In this document: in pieces, positions 16,675 through 25,216 of the stretch
How the letters are laid out: each line of letters starts with the position of its first letter
How positions within the stretch are numbered: the first letter of the stretch is position 1
Origin: a virus
Lineage: Duplodnaviria; Caudoviricetes
Virus record (IMG/VR): IMGVR_UViG_3300030333_007356
Coordinates: 1-27,976 of that record
Direction: 5' to 3' (one strand)
Length of the DNA: 27,976 nt
Translations under genes and position numbers: made by a program
The notes under the pieces: generated by a model
Database searches by the model: none
What the model was told of the DNA's origin: nothing
Seen by the model: only the letters and a program-made list of their open reading frames with translations

Positions 16675-17671
16675 TATAGCGGCAAACCATGACGGAAGCT
16701 TAAAAAGAGCCAAGCATCTTTGTCTAATGGCAAAGAGAGCTGGAGCTGATGCGGCGAAGTTTCAACACTTCAAAGCAGAAACAATAATAAGCGATAAGGG
16801 TTTTAAAGATTTAGGCTCCAAACAGTCTCATCAATCTAGTTGGGGCAAATCTGTCTATGAGGTCTACGATGATGCTTCCGTTCCTCTTGATTGGACAGAA
16901 GAACTAAGCTCATATTGCAAAGATATTGATTTGCAGTTTTTCACAACTCCGTATGATATAGAATACGTTGATTATCTAGATAAATTTGTTGATCAATACA
17001 AGATAGGTTCTGGAGACATAACTTGGTTCAAGATGCTCCACAAGGTCGCGTCTAAAGGGAAGCCAGTTATAATAGCTACAGGAGCTAGCACATTAGATGA
17101 GGTCATAAACGCTGTAAAAGTATTATCTTACTACAATATCAAAATATCTTTGTTACAGTGTAACACAAATTACACAGCTAATGACAATAATTTTAACTAC
17201 ATCCACCTTAATGTATTAAAATCTTATAAGTCTTTGTTCCCAGATGTTGAGCTTGGATTAAGCGACCACACCCCCGGTGATGTAACTGTTTTGGGCGCGG
17301 TATCATTGGGTGCAACAGTTATAGAAAAACATTTTACTGACGACAACAGCAGGGTCGGACCAGACCACAAGTTTTCCATGAATCCAGACAGTTGGGAAAA
17401 AATGGTTGAAAGGACTAGGCTGTTAGAAAAATCCTTGGGAGGCACAGAAAAAAAAGTAGAACCCAATGAACTAGAAACGGTTGTCTTGCAAAGAAGAAGC
17501 ATTAGAACCAAAACCAATCTACCAAAGGGTCACATTATTCAAGAAAGAGATTTAATTGAGGTTAGGCCATGCCCCACAGACGCAATACCAGCTAATGTAA
17601 GATTAATTGGGGAAAAACTTAATCAAGACTTGGAGTCCGGTGATTATCTAAAGTATGAGCATATCGCATAA
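16649..17671 (+). CDS. neuB: Nonulosonate synthase (NeuB/PseI/LegI family) with C-terminal SAF domain
   Basis: IADIAANHDG, AKFQ, KIGSGD, LSDHT, IEKHFT, GPDHKFS and a SAF-like RRSI...LPKGHII...VRP segment. Confidence 0.92.
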   Translation: MSKTYFIADIAANHDGSLKRAKHLCLMAKRAGADAAKFQHFKAETIISDKGFKDLGSKQSHQSSWGKSVYEVYDDASVPLDWTEELSSYCKDIDLQFFTTPYDIEYVDYLDKFVDQYKIGSGDITWFKMLHKVASKGKPVIIATGASTLDEVINAVKVLSYYNIKISLLQCNTNYTANDNNFNYIHLNVLKSYKSLFPDVELGLSDHTPGDVTVLGAVSLGATVIEKHFTDDNSRVGPDHKFSMNPDSWEKMVERTRLLEKSLGGTEKKVEPNELETVVLQRRSIRTKTNLPKGHIIQERDLIEVRPCPTDAIPANVRLIGEKLNQDLESGDYLKYEHIA

Positions 17672-18203
17672 CAATACAAAGCTCAGACCTATAGAGCGTT
17701 CAGATTTGCCAACGATTCAATCATGGAGGAATAATCAAGATCTTATAAAGAACTTTAGAGAATATCGTCTTTTTTGCTTAGATCAAAAAGAAGATTGGTA
17801 TGACTCAATGATAAAAGATAATAGGTTTGAGTTTTTTATCATTGAGGGCGAAGGAAGGCCATTAGGCGTAGCTGGAATAACATATATAGATTGGGTTAAC
17901 AGACATGCAGATGTCCATTTTTATATAGGACACAAAAACCTATGGATCGACAAAGAGTTCAGCCCACAAGCTTTTAGCTTAATCTTAGACTATGGGTTCA
18001 ATAAACTAAATTTAAACAAACTTTGGGCTGAGATTTATTCAATAGACAAAATGAAGCTAAGGTTTTTTAAAGATCGAGGTTTTAATGTTGACGCCAATCT
18101 AAGAGACCATTACTTTTACAACGGAGAATATTACACTTCTCATATTTTATCTTTACTAAGAAATGAATATACAGAGAGCCTTAATAGTAGCAGCACATCC
18201 TGA
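17655..18203 (+). CDS. GNAT N-acyltransferase (PseH/RimJ-like)
   Basis: LRPIERSDL..IQSWRN, IDWVNRHA, YGFNKLNLNKL and GF..DANLRDH. Confidence 0.85.
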   Translation: MSISHNNTKLRPIERSDLPTIQSWRNNQDLIKNFREYRLFCLDQKEDWYDSMIKDNRFEFFIIEGEGRPLGVAGITYIDWVNRHADVHFYIGHKNLWIDKEFSPQAFSLILDYGFNKLNLNKLWAEIYSIDKMKLRFFKDRGFNVDANLRDHYFYNGEYYTSHILSLLRNEYTESLNSSSTS

Positions 18204-18840
18204 TGATGAGGTATTAGGTTGTGGGGGGATATTTAGTAGATTTCAAAACACAATAAAATTTAAAGTAGTTTTTATTGCTGAAGGAAGCAGCGCAAGATTT
18301 CCAAATGATTCCAGCAAAGACTGCATTGATGAAATAATTCACAGAACTCAGTGCGCTAAACGCGCACTATCTTATCTTGGCGTAGAAGACGTATCAATAC
18401 ACAATCTTCCTTGTTGTAATCTAGATAAGACCGGACACTTAGAGGTAAACAAAATAATAGAAAAAGAAATTAGCATTTTTCAACCTGATACCGTTTTTAC
18501 TCATTCAGACTGTGATTCTAATCAAGATCACCACATAGTATATAATTCTAGCATAATAGCCACTAGACCGGGCAGCGGAGTTAATAACTTAATAAGTTAT
18601 GAGGTTTTAAGTAGCACCGAGTGGGGCTTTTCCGATCCCTTCTGCCCTAACCTATTTTTTAGTCTGTCGGATGGCAATGTAGATCAAAAAGTTGAAGCGA
18701 TGAAATTTTACGACACGGAAGTAAAAGAGTTTCCATACCCAAGAAGTTCGAAAGGTATACGATCTTTAGCTAACTTTAGGGGCTTGCAGTCTGGACACGA
18801 AAGCGCGGAGGCTTTTAAAATTGTCAGAAGTTTTGTATGA
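18163..18840 (+). CDS. PIG-L/LmbE family N-deacetylase
   Basis: AAHPDDEVLG, FTH..D.NQDH and AEAF. Confidence 0.92.
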   Translation: MNIQRALIVAAHPDDEVLGCGGIFSRFQNTIKFKVVFIAEGSSARFPNDSSKDCIDEIIHRTQCAKRALSYLGVEDVSIHNLPCCNLDKTGHLEVNKIIEKEISIFQPDTVFTHSDCDSNQDHHIVYNSSIIATRPGSGVNNLISYEVLSSTEWGFSDPFCPNLFFSLSDGNVDQKVEAMKFYDTEVKEFPYPRSSKGIRSLANFRGLQSGHESAEAFKIVRSFV

Positions 18841-19499
18841 AAATTTTATGCGTTAGCTATAGAGATTGGGCGAAGCAGATATACAAAATGCTGATGTCTG
18901 ATTTCTGTGAACACTCTTTCACGTTTATTAACAGTAAAGACGCTTATTCGGATAAACTAGTTGAAGAGATAAACCCAGACCTTATTTTGTGGTATGGATG
19001 GAGTTGGTTGATACCTGATAAAATATTTAAAAATTATCCTTCGGTTATGCTTCATCCTTCTCCATTACCTAAATACAAGGGTGGTTCTCCAATACAAAAT
19101 CAGATTATTAACGGAGAAAAAACAAGCGCAGTTACTTTGTTTGTGGTGGACTCCTCAATGGACGGTGGTGAAATCGTAAATCAAGAACCTTTCTCCTTAG
19201 AGGGAGATTTAAGAGATGTTTTCGATAGAATAATAAAAATTGGTTATAAATTAAGTTATGATATGCTTAAAAAACTCCCTGTTATTAATTCTTCAGCTCA
19301 AAAAGGAGCGTCTACATACTTTAAAAGGAGGAAGAAAGAAGAAAGCGAAATTACATTAGAAGAAATATCTTGCAACACGGCAGAACAACTACATAATAAA
19401 ATAAGATGCTTGCAAGACCCATATCCAAACGCATTTATAAAATGTAAAAACGGTGAGAAGCTTTATATAATAAGAAGCAAATATGAAAAAAATAGATGA
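18837..19499 (+). CDS. Sugar N-formyltransferase (formyl_trans_N family)
   Basis: LHPSPLPKYKGGSPIQNQIING, MDGG and PYPNAF. Confidence 0.9.
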   Translation: MKILCVSYRDWAKQIYKMLMSDFCEHSFTFINSKDAYSDKLVEEINPDLILWYGWSWLIPDKIFKNYPSVMLHPSPLPKYKGGSPIQNQIINGEKTSAVTLFVVDSSMDGGEIVNQEPFSLEGDLRDVFDRIIKIGYKLSYDMLKKLPVINSSAQKGASTYFKRRKKEESEITLEEISCNTAEQLHNKIRCLQDPYPNAFIKCKNGEKLYIIRSKYEKNR

Positions 19500-20163
19500 C
19501 ATTTGCGTTTTAGTTCAAGCCAGATTAGGTTCTCAAAGAATCCCCGGTAAAATGCTTCGATCTTTTTGTGGGACCACTTTAGTAGATATACTTTTTGAGA
19601 AACTTAAAAAGCTAAAAAACTTTCCTTTGACTAATGTTCGTTTTTCTGCGTATGAGGAAGAGCTAAAGGAGGTCGCAAATAAACACGGTATAGAAGTTTA
19701 TCATAGGTCAAAAAAATCTGCTGATTCAGAGGGTCAACCGCTATCTGAAATATACGAGTGGTATGACTCACTTCCCTTTAAATATGTTATTTTAATTAGT
19801 GCTTGCAACCCTTTGTTAGAAACGAAAACAATTGAATCTTTCATAGATTCTTTTACAAAATCAGATAAAGAGGGAGCTTTTGCAGTATTCGAAAAAAAGA
19901 CTTACTATTGGGATAAAAACAAAACTAACATAACAGATTGGGGGGGAGCAACTATTATGAATACTAAATTTGTAGACCCTGTTTACGAGGCTGGACATTG
20001 TTTATATGCCAGCAGAATGGACATCATAGGTGATGATAACTGGCTAGATACTAAATCACCTCCAGAGCCAGAATTATTTGTTATGGATGAGCTGGAAGCT
20101 TTTGACATTGACCATGAGTGGCAATTTAAAGTAGGGGAGTTGCTGTATGATAATTTACGTTGA
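19483..20163 (+). CDS. neuA: Acylneuraminate (nonulosonate) cytidylyltransferase
   Basis: QARLGSQRIPGKML, CNPL and FDIDHEWQF. Confidence 0.88.
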   Translation: MKKIDDICVLVQARLGSQRIPGKMLRSFCGTTLVDILFEKLKKLKNFPLTNVRFSAYEEELKEVANKHGIEVYHRSKKSADSEGQPLSEIYEWYDSLPFKYVILISACNPLLETKTIESFIDSFTKSDKEGAFAVFEKKTYYWDKNKTNITDWGGATIMNTKFVDPVYEAGHCLYASRMDIIGDDNWLDTKSPPEPELFVMDELEAFDIDHEWQFKVGELLYDNLR

Positions 20164-20443
20164 TATCGACAACACTGTATTTAAGACAGAGGGAACAAAT
20201 TATGAAGAGAGCGTTCCTATGGAGCGCAGAATATCAATAATCAACAATCTCTACGATAAGGGCAACACCATTGTCTACTGGACCGCTAGGGGGACAGGAT
20301 CAGGCAAAGATTATCTACAATTAACCGAAAAACAACTTAGAAAATGTGGTGCCAAGTTCCATAATCTGTTGATGGGAAAGCCCGTTTATGATTTATTTAT
20401 AGACGATAAAAACATAAACTCAGAAGAATATTTCGGACGATGA
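20147..20443 (+). CDS. Small capless HAD phosphatase (capsule-locus EcbF/BcbF-like)
   Basis: VDIDNT (DxD), WTARG and GKP..DLFIDDK. Confidence 0.85.
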   Translation: MIIYVDIDNTVFKTEGTNYEESVPMERRISIINNLYDKGNTIVYWTARGTGSGKDYLQLTEKQLRKCGAKFHNLLMGKPVYDLFIDDKNINSEEYFGR

Positions 20444-21504
20444 AAAAAGTAATTATTACAGGAGTAACAGGACAAGATGGTAGTTTAATGGCTGATTACC
20501 TTCTTAGAAACACTGAACATACAATTGTAGCAGGAGTCAGAAGACTAAGTGTTAAAAACCACAAAAACATTTCTCACTTAACCGACAACCCAAGATTTAA
20601 ACTTATTGATTTAGATGTTACAGATCAAGCAAATGTTGACAAGGTGGTAGAGGAAGAGAAACCAGATTACTTCATAAACTTTGCTGCGAACTCTTTTGTG
20701 GGTGTGAGCTGGAAAATGCCAGTAAATCACATGGAGACAAACGCTATGGCTGTGCTGTATCAGCTGGAAGCTATCAGAAAGCACTGTCCACTTTGCAGAT
20801 ATTACAACGCAGGGTCTTCAGAGGAGTTTGGTGATGTAGTTGCCACTCCCCAAGACGAAACGCATCCTCTTCGCCCTAGAAGCCCTTATGGAGCCTCTAA
20901 ATGTGCCGCTAGACACTTGGTCAAGGTCTATAGGGACTCTTATGACATGTATGCTGTGCAAGGCTGGTTGTTTAATCATGAGGGAGTCAGGAGAGGTGAG
21001 GAGTTTGTCACTAGGAAAATAACACAAAATGTAGCTCGTATTTATTCTCAATACACACAGAAAAAAAATTACATTGTTAACGAAGACGGTTCAAGAGTTG
21101 ACCCAATGAAACTTGGTAATGTGGATGCCAAAAGAGATTGGAGTGACGCAGAAGATTTTGTTAATGGAGTTTGGAGAATGCTTAATCAACCAAGAGAACA
21201 AGTTAAAGAATATGTTCTGTCTTCTAACGAAACTCACACTATACGAGAGTTTGTAGAGGAGGCTTTTAATTTTGCTGGTTTTGCAACTCACGAATGTAAA
21301 TGGGTTGGATCTGGCGTTAATGAAAAATATATGCACGGCAAAGACACCCTCGTAGAGATTGACCCAAAGTTTTTTCGCGAAGCTGAAGTTAACCTTCTTT
21401 TGGGAGATTCCACTAAAGCCAGAGAAGAGCTTGGTTGGCAACCTAAAACAACTTTCCTCCAACTCGTCAAAAAGATGCTTGACAACGATATGAAGCATCT
21501 GTAA
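20440..21504 (+). CDS. gmd: GDP-mannose 4,6-dehydratase
   Basis: ITGVTGQDG, AANSFV, SSEEFG, PRSPYGASK, LFNHE, FVTRKI and KRDW. Confidence 0.95.
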   Translation: MKKVIITGVTGQDGSLMADYLLRNTEHTIVAGVRRLSVKNHKNISHLTDNPRFKLIDLDVTDQANVDKVVEEEKPDYFINFAANSFVGVSWKMPVNHMETNAMAVLYQLEAIRKHCPLCRYYNAGSSEEFGDVVATPQDETHPLRPRSPYGASKCAARHLVKVYRDSYDMYAVQGWLFNHEGVRRGEEFVTRKITQNVARIYSQYTQKKNYIVNEDGSRVDPMKLGNVDAKRDWSDAEDFVNGVWRMLNQPREQVKEYVLSSNETHTIREFVEEAFNFAGFATHECKWVGSGVNEKYMHGKDTLVEIDPKFFREAEVNLLLGDSTKAREELGWQPKTTFLQLVKKMLDNDMKHL

Positions 21505-21507
21505 GGT
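21479..21507 (+). promoter_or_regulatory. Putative sigma-70 promoter (leaderless) of the replication module
   Basis: TTGACA-N17-TAAGGT-N6-ATG21514, embedded in the gmd 3' end. Confidence 0.6.
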
Positions 21508-21513
21508 ATTTCT

Positions 21514-21954
21514 ATGCCCCGTGGTCGAAAAGAATGCCCGTGTTGCGCTACGCTTGTCGCGACACGGGCTTCTTCTTGCAAGTGCGGCCATGTATTTAAA
21601 AGCAAAAAAAAGAAGGCCAAAGCGACATCTAAAAAAGAAATTCTCTATCGTCTTGTAGATGTTCCTCCAGCGGGTAAAACAAACTTTTATTCTAGAGAGT
21701 TTAAACTCCTCAATACATTAATCGACCGATATTCTCTTGAGTTTATGAATGTCGTGACATTTAATAAGAAGTTTGACTCCTTGAGTTATTTAGTAAGTGA
21801 TAAACTAAAAGAAACACTAGACAGAAAATTCCGCGCATTTAACTTCAAGATTGATTTATCTAGATATGATGTGTATGATATAGGCGAAAAGATTGGCGAA
21901 GATATTGTCGATAAAAAGAAAAGCAGAACTATAAAAGATTTTTTAAATGAGTGA
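21514..21954 (+). CDS. Hypothetical protein with N-terminal zinc ribbon
   Basis: CPCC...CKCGHVF followed by a lysine-rich linker. Confidence 0.7.
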   Translation: MPRGRKECPCCATLVATRASSCKCGHVFKSKKKKAKATSKKEILYRLVDVPPAGKTNFYSREFKLLNTLIDRYSLEFMNVVTFNKKFDSLSYLVSDKLKETLDRKFRAFNFKIDLSRYDVYDIGEKIGEDIVDKKKSRTIKDFLNE

Positions 21955-23065
21955 ACAAACAGATTCAAGCAAAATGCTCAAAAGCTTCCTTAAAACAAAC
22001 AAGGATGATCACTACAACTTCGAAGAGGAGATAGACTACAAGGTGTCCAGTGGGTCTTTGCAGTTTGATCTGCAACTAGGCGGCGGTTTTGGACCGGGCC
22101 TACATAGGTTTGTAGGCATGAATGAAGGAGGTAAAACCTCTGAGTCTCTTGAGGTCATGAGAAACTTCTTGAAAACAATACCCAAGTCAAAAGGTGTTTA
22201 TGTTAAAGCTGAAGGTCGTTTGTCACCAGAAATGAGAGAGCGTTCTGGCGTTAAGTTTGTCTACGATCCAGATGAATGGGTCGATGGGACTTGTTTTGTT
22301 TTTGAATCAAATATTTACGAAACCGTGGTTGGTCTGATGAGAGAACTTGTCACCAAAAACGACGATAAAATAAAGTATTGTTTTGCGCTGGATTCTGTAG
22401 ATGGTCTTATACTGAAAAACGATGTAGATAAAAGTTTCGAAGACGCGACTAAGGTAGCCGGGGGAGCAGTTGTTGCTGCTAAGTTTATGCAGAGAATGAG
22501 CATAGCCTTGGCTAAGAGGGGTCATATGGCGATTTTTGTATCACAGGTCCGTGCTGATATAAAACTAGACCCATATACAAAAGCTCCAATTCGCCAAACG
22601 AGCGCGACAGGAGGAAACGCTTTACTCCACTTTGCTAACTGGATTATTGAATTTGAGCCAAGATTTAAAGGCGATATAATTTTACAGAACCCATCTATAA
22701 AAAAGATGGACCCTCAAAAAAACCCAGCTATAGGACATTATGCGAAGGTTACTGTTAAAAAATCACCAAATGAAAAAACAAACACAGTAATATCTTATCC
22801 GATTCGTTATGGTCGCAAAAACGGCACCTCCATATGGGTAGAAAAAGAGATTGTGGATTTGCTTTATGCTTGGGAGTTTGTCTCCAAGAGTGGCGCTTGG
22901 ATTTGTTTTACTGATGATTTTAAAGAAATTTTATCTGACACCGAGTTTGAGTTGCCAGATAAAGTTCAGGGAGACAATAAGCTGTTTGCCCTCATAGAAG
23001 AGAACGAAAACCTTTCCTTGTTTCTTGTAGAGTATTTTAAGAATGCCATCCAAGAGTTGTCATGA
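21947..23065 (+). CDS. recA: RecA/UvsX-like recombinase
   Basis: SSGSLQFDLQLGGG, Walker A GMNEGGKT, Walker B FALDSV, FVSQVR, TGGNALLHFA and KSGAW. Confidence 0.88.
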   Translation: MSEQTDSSKMLKSFLKTNKDDHYNFEEEIDYKVSSGSLQFDLQLGGGFGPGLHRFVGMNEGGKTSESLEVMRNFLKTIPKSKGVYVKAEGRLSPEMRERSGVKFVYDPDEWVDGTCFVFESNIYETVVGLMRELVTKNDDKIKYCFALDSVDGLILKNDVDKSFEDATKVAGGAVVAAKFMQRMSIALAKRGHMAIFVSQVRADIKLDPYTKAPIRQTSATGGNALLHFANWIIEFEPRFKGDIILQNPSIKKMDPQKNPAIGHYAKVTVKKSPNEKTNTVISYPIRYGRKNGTSIWVEKEIVDLLYAWEFVSKSGAWICFTDDFKEILSDTEFELPDKVQGDNKLFALIEENENLSLFLVEYFKNAIQELS

Positions 23066-23469
23066 AGTTTTATGATTCATATGGCAAATTAAGAAACCTT
23101 AAAAACGCTAGAAAATACTTAATAGACTGGGATTGTAAAAGTCGCAGTAAATTCCAAAAGGGCGTTAAAGATTTTTTACGCCCTTTTTGGGAAAGCGACA
23201 TAGTATTTGAAGAGTTTAGAATCGTTGGGTCTCGGTTATCTTTAGATTTTTATAACGCAAATAAAAAAGTAGCCATAGAGGTCCAAGGAGCGCAACATAC
23301 CAAATATGTCAAGCACTTTCACAAGAACAGACTAAAATATCTTGACCAATTAAAAAGAGATCAAAAAAAGCTGGACTTTTGTGACACAAACGATATAAAG
23401 CTAGTGGAGATATACCCTGACGATGTAGTTACGGCTTCTTTTTTTGAAGACAAGGACATTTATTTATGA
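23062..23469 (+). CDS. Vsr/DUF559-like PD-(D/E)XK endonuclease
   Basis: LDFY...AIEVQGAQH and RDQKK. Confidence 0.8.
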   Translation: MKFYDSYGKLRNLKNARKYLIDWDCKSRSKFQKGVKDFLRPFWESDIVFEEFRIVGSRLSLDFYNANKKVAIEVQGAQHTKYVKHFHKNRLKYLDQLKRDQKKLDFCDTNDIKLVEIYPDDVVTASFFEDKDIYL

Positions 23470-23699
23470 AAAATCCACCGGGACAACCAGAGTTTAATAT
23501 ACCAGAAAACTTTTTAGATCAGCTTTATGAGTTTAGTGGGGGCGCTGACAAATACAAAGGGATGATAATAGCGTTGTCTTCAGAAAACGGCTCTCCTTTG
23601 GTTTACTCAAAATATGAATCTCCAATTGTTGAGCTAGGATTAAGAAAAGCCATAGAAGACTTTTTGACTGACAATGTAACAGACGAAGACAAGAACTAA
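23466..23699 (+). CDS. Hypothetical protein (77 aa)
   Basis: Coupled by an ATGA overlap upstream and a TAATG overlap downstream. Confidence 0.7.
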   Translation: MKNPPGQPEFNIPENFLDQLYEFSGGADKYKGMIIALSSENGSPLVYSKYESPIVELGLRKAIEDFLTDNVTDEDKN

Positions 23700-25216
23700 T
23701 GATATATAATTACGACCTTGAGAGACAGCTTTTGGCTGGACTGATAAAATCACCGAAAGACTTTTCGGAGATTTCAAACTTTGTTGACCATTCAGATTTT
23801 TATTCTGAACAAACAAACTTACATAGCACAATATTTACAATTATTAAACAAGCCATTGATGGAGGGGAGGACATTGATGAGGTTATAATTGCTCAAAGGG
23901 TTGCGAGCATTGGTCTTACTTTTGAAGACAACCTAAACCCTGCTGATTACATCAAGTCTCTGGCACTCCGCAAAGTCCCTAAAGGCAACGTCCTTAAGAC
24001 AGCTAAAGAGCTTAAAAAGGTTTCGATCAGAAGAGGTATATACAACTCAGCGCAAGAGGTTTCAAAAAAAATGCGCTCTATTGGCCCAGAAGCATCTTAT
24101 AAAGACATTGTTGAGAAGGCTGATAACATCTATAACTCTAAGATTAATCTGTATGAGATAGGAAACGAAGTCCCAGAAAATATTTACGAAGAGATGGAGT
24201 ATGTTGTTGAGGATCGAGGCAACAACCCTCTAACTGAATTTGGCATGATGGGTCCGCACCAAAAGATCAATGCCATCTACGGCTCTCTTTTAAGGCCGGG
24301 TAACATAACTGTTGTCGTTGCGAGATCTGGAGTTGGTAAGACTCAGTTTTGCATGGACTACTCAACCAAGGTTAGCCAAAAATACAATGTCCCCGTGTTA
24401 CATTTTGATAATGGGGAGATGAGCAAAGAGGAGCTTATCATGAGACAGTGTGCTTCGCTTTCTGGAGTCCCCATGCACTTGATTGAAAGTGGTAAATGGA
24501 GAATGGCGGGTGATGATGTAGTTAAAAGAATCAGAAGTGTTTGGGACAAGATTAAAAACCTTAAATTTTATTATCATAATGTCGGAGGCATGGATGTCGA
24601 TTCTATGATCAATACTTTAAAAAGGTTTTATTACTCCAAGGTCGGAAGAGGTAATAACATGATATTCTCTTTCGATTATATTAAAACAACATCTGAATCG
24701 CAGGGCAGCAAAAACGAATGGCAGGTTGTTGGCGAAATGGTTGATAAATTTAAAAGATGCGTCCAGAAAGAGATTCTAGAGGACGGCAAGCCTGTTATTC
24801 CAATGATAACTTCTGTTCAGTCCAACAGGTTCGGAATTACAAACAACAGAAACGCTCAAAATATTATTGATGATGAAAGCATCGTGTCGCTATCTGATAG
24901 AATCACACAGTTTTGTTCTCATATGTTCATTCTTAGAAGTAAGACCTCAGATGAAATTGAGATAGAGGGCAGGAGGTTTGGCACTCACAAGTTTATCAAC
25001 GTAAAGGCTAGGCATTTAGGTGAGGACATTGCTGGGGCTGTAGAGCCTGTTCTAATAGATGACAACTTAAGAAAGAACTTTATAAACCTAGACTTTAAAA
25101 ACTTCAACATTACTGAGTGCGGCGATCTCAGAGATATCGCGAGAACAATGAATGGAGAGGTTGATTTGGATGAAAGTGGAACAACAGAAGAAATCCCAGA
25201 CTTTGATCAGTTCTGA
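23699..25216 (+). CDS. dnaB: Replicative DNA helicase (DnaB family)
   Basis: N-terminal ERQLLAGL..DFY, Walker A ARSGVGKT, EMSKEEL, FDYI, QSNR and KARH. Confidence 0.93.
   Translation: MIYNYDLERQLLAGLIKSPKDFSEISNFVDHSDFYSEQTNLHSTIFTIIKQAIDGGEDIDEVIIAQRVASIGLTFEDNLNPADYIKSLALRKVPKGNVLKTAKELKKVSIRRGIYNSAQEVSKKMRSIGPEASYKDIVEKADNIYNSKINLYEIGNEVPENIYEEMEYVVEDRGNNPLTEFGMMGPHQKINAIYGSLLRPGNITVVVARSGVGKTQFCMDYSTKVSQKYNVPVLHFDNGEMSKEELIMRQCASLSGVPMHLIESGKWRMAGDDVVKRIRSVWDKIKNLKFYYHNVGGMDVDSMINTLKRFYYSKVGRGNNMIFSFDYIKTTSESQGSKNEWQVVGEMVDKFKRCVQKEILEDGKPVIPMITSVQSNRFGITNNRNAQNIIDDESIVSLSDRITQFCSHMFILRSKTSDEIEIEGRRFGTHKFINVKARHLGEDIAGAVEPVLIDDNLRKNFINLDFKNFNITECGDLRDIARTMNGEVDLDESGTTEEIPDFDQF

Noticed and set aside
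5086-25216. Inteins or introns in nrdA, nrdB, recA and dnaB
   Set aside because: Lengths are normal or short, motifs are contiguous, and no splice-junction or homing endonuclease signatures were seen.
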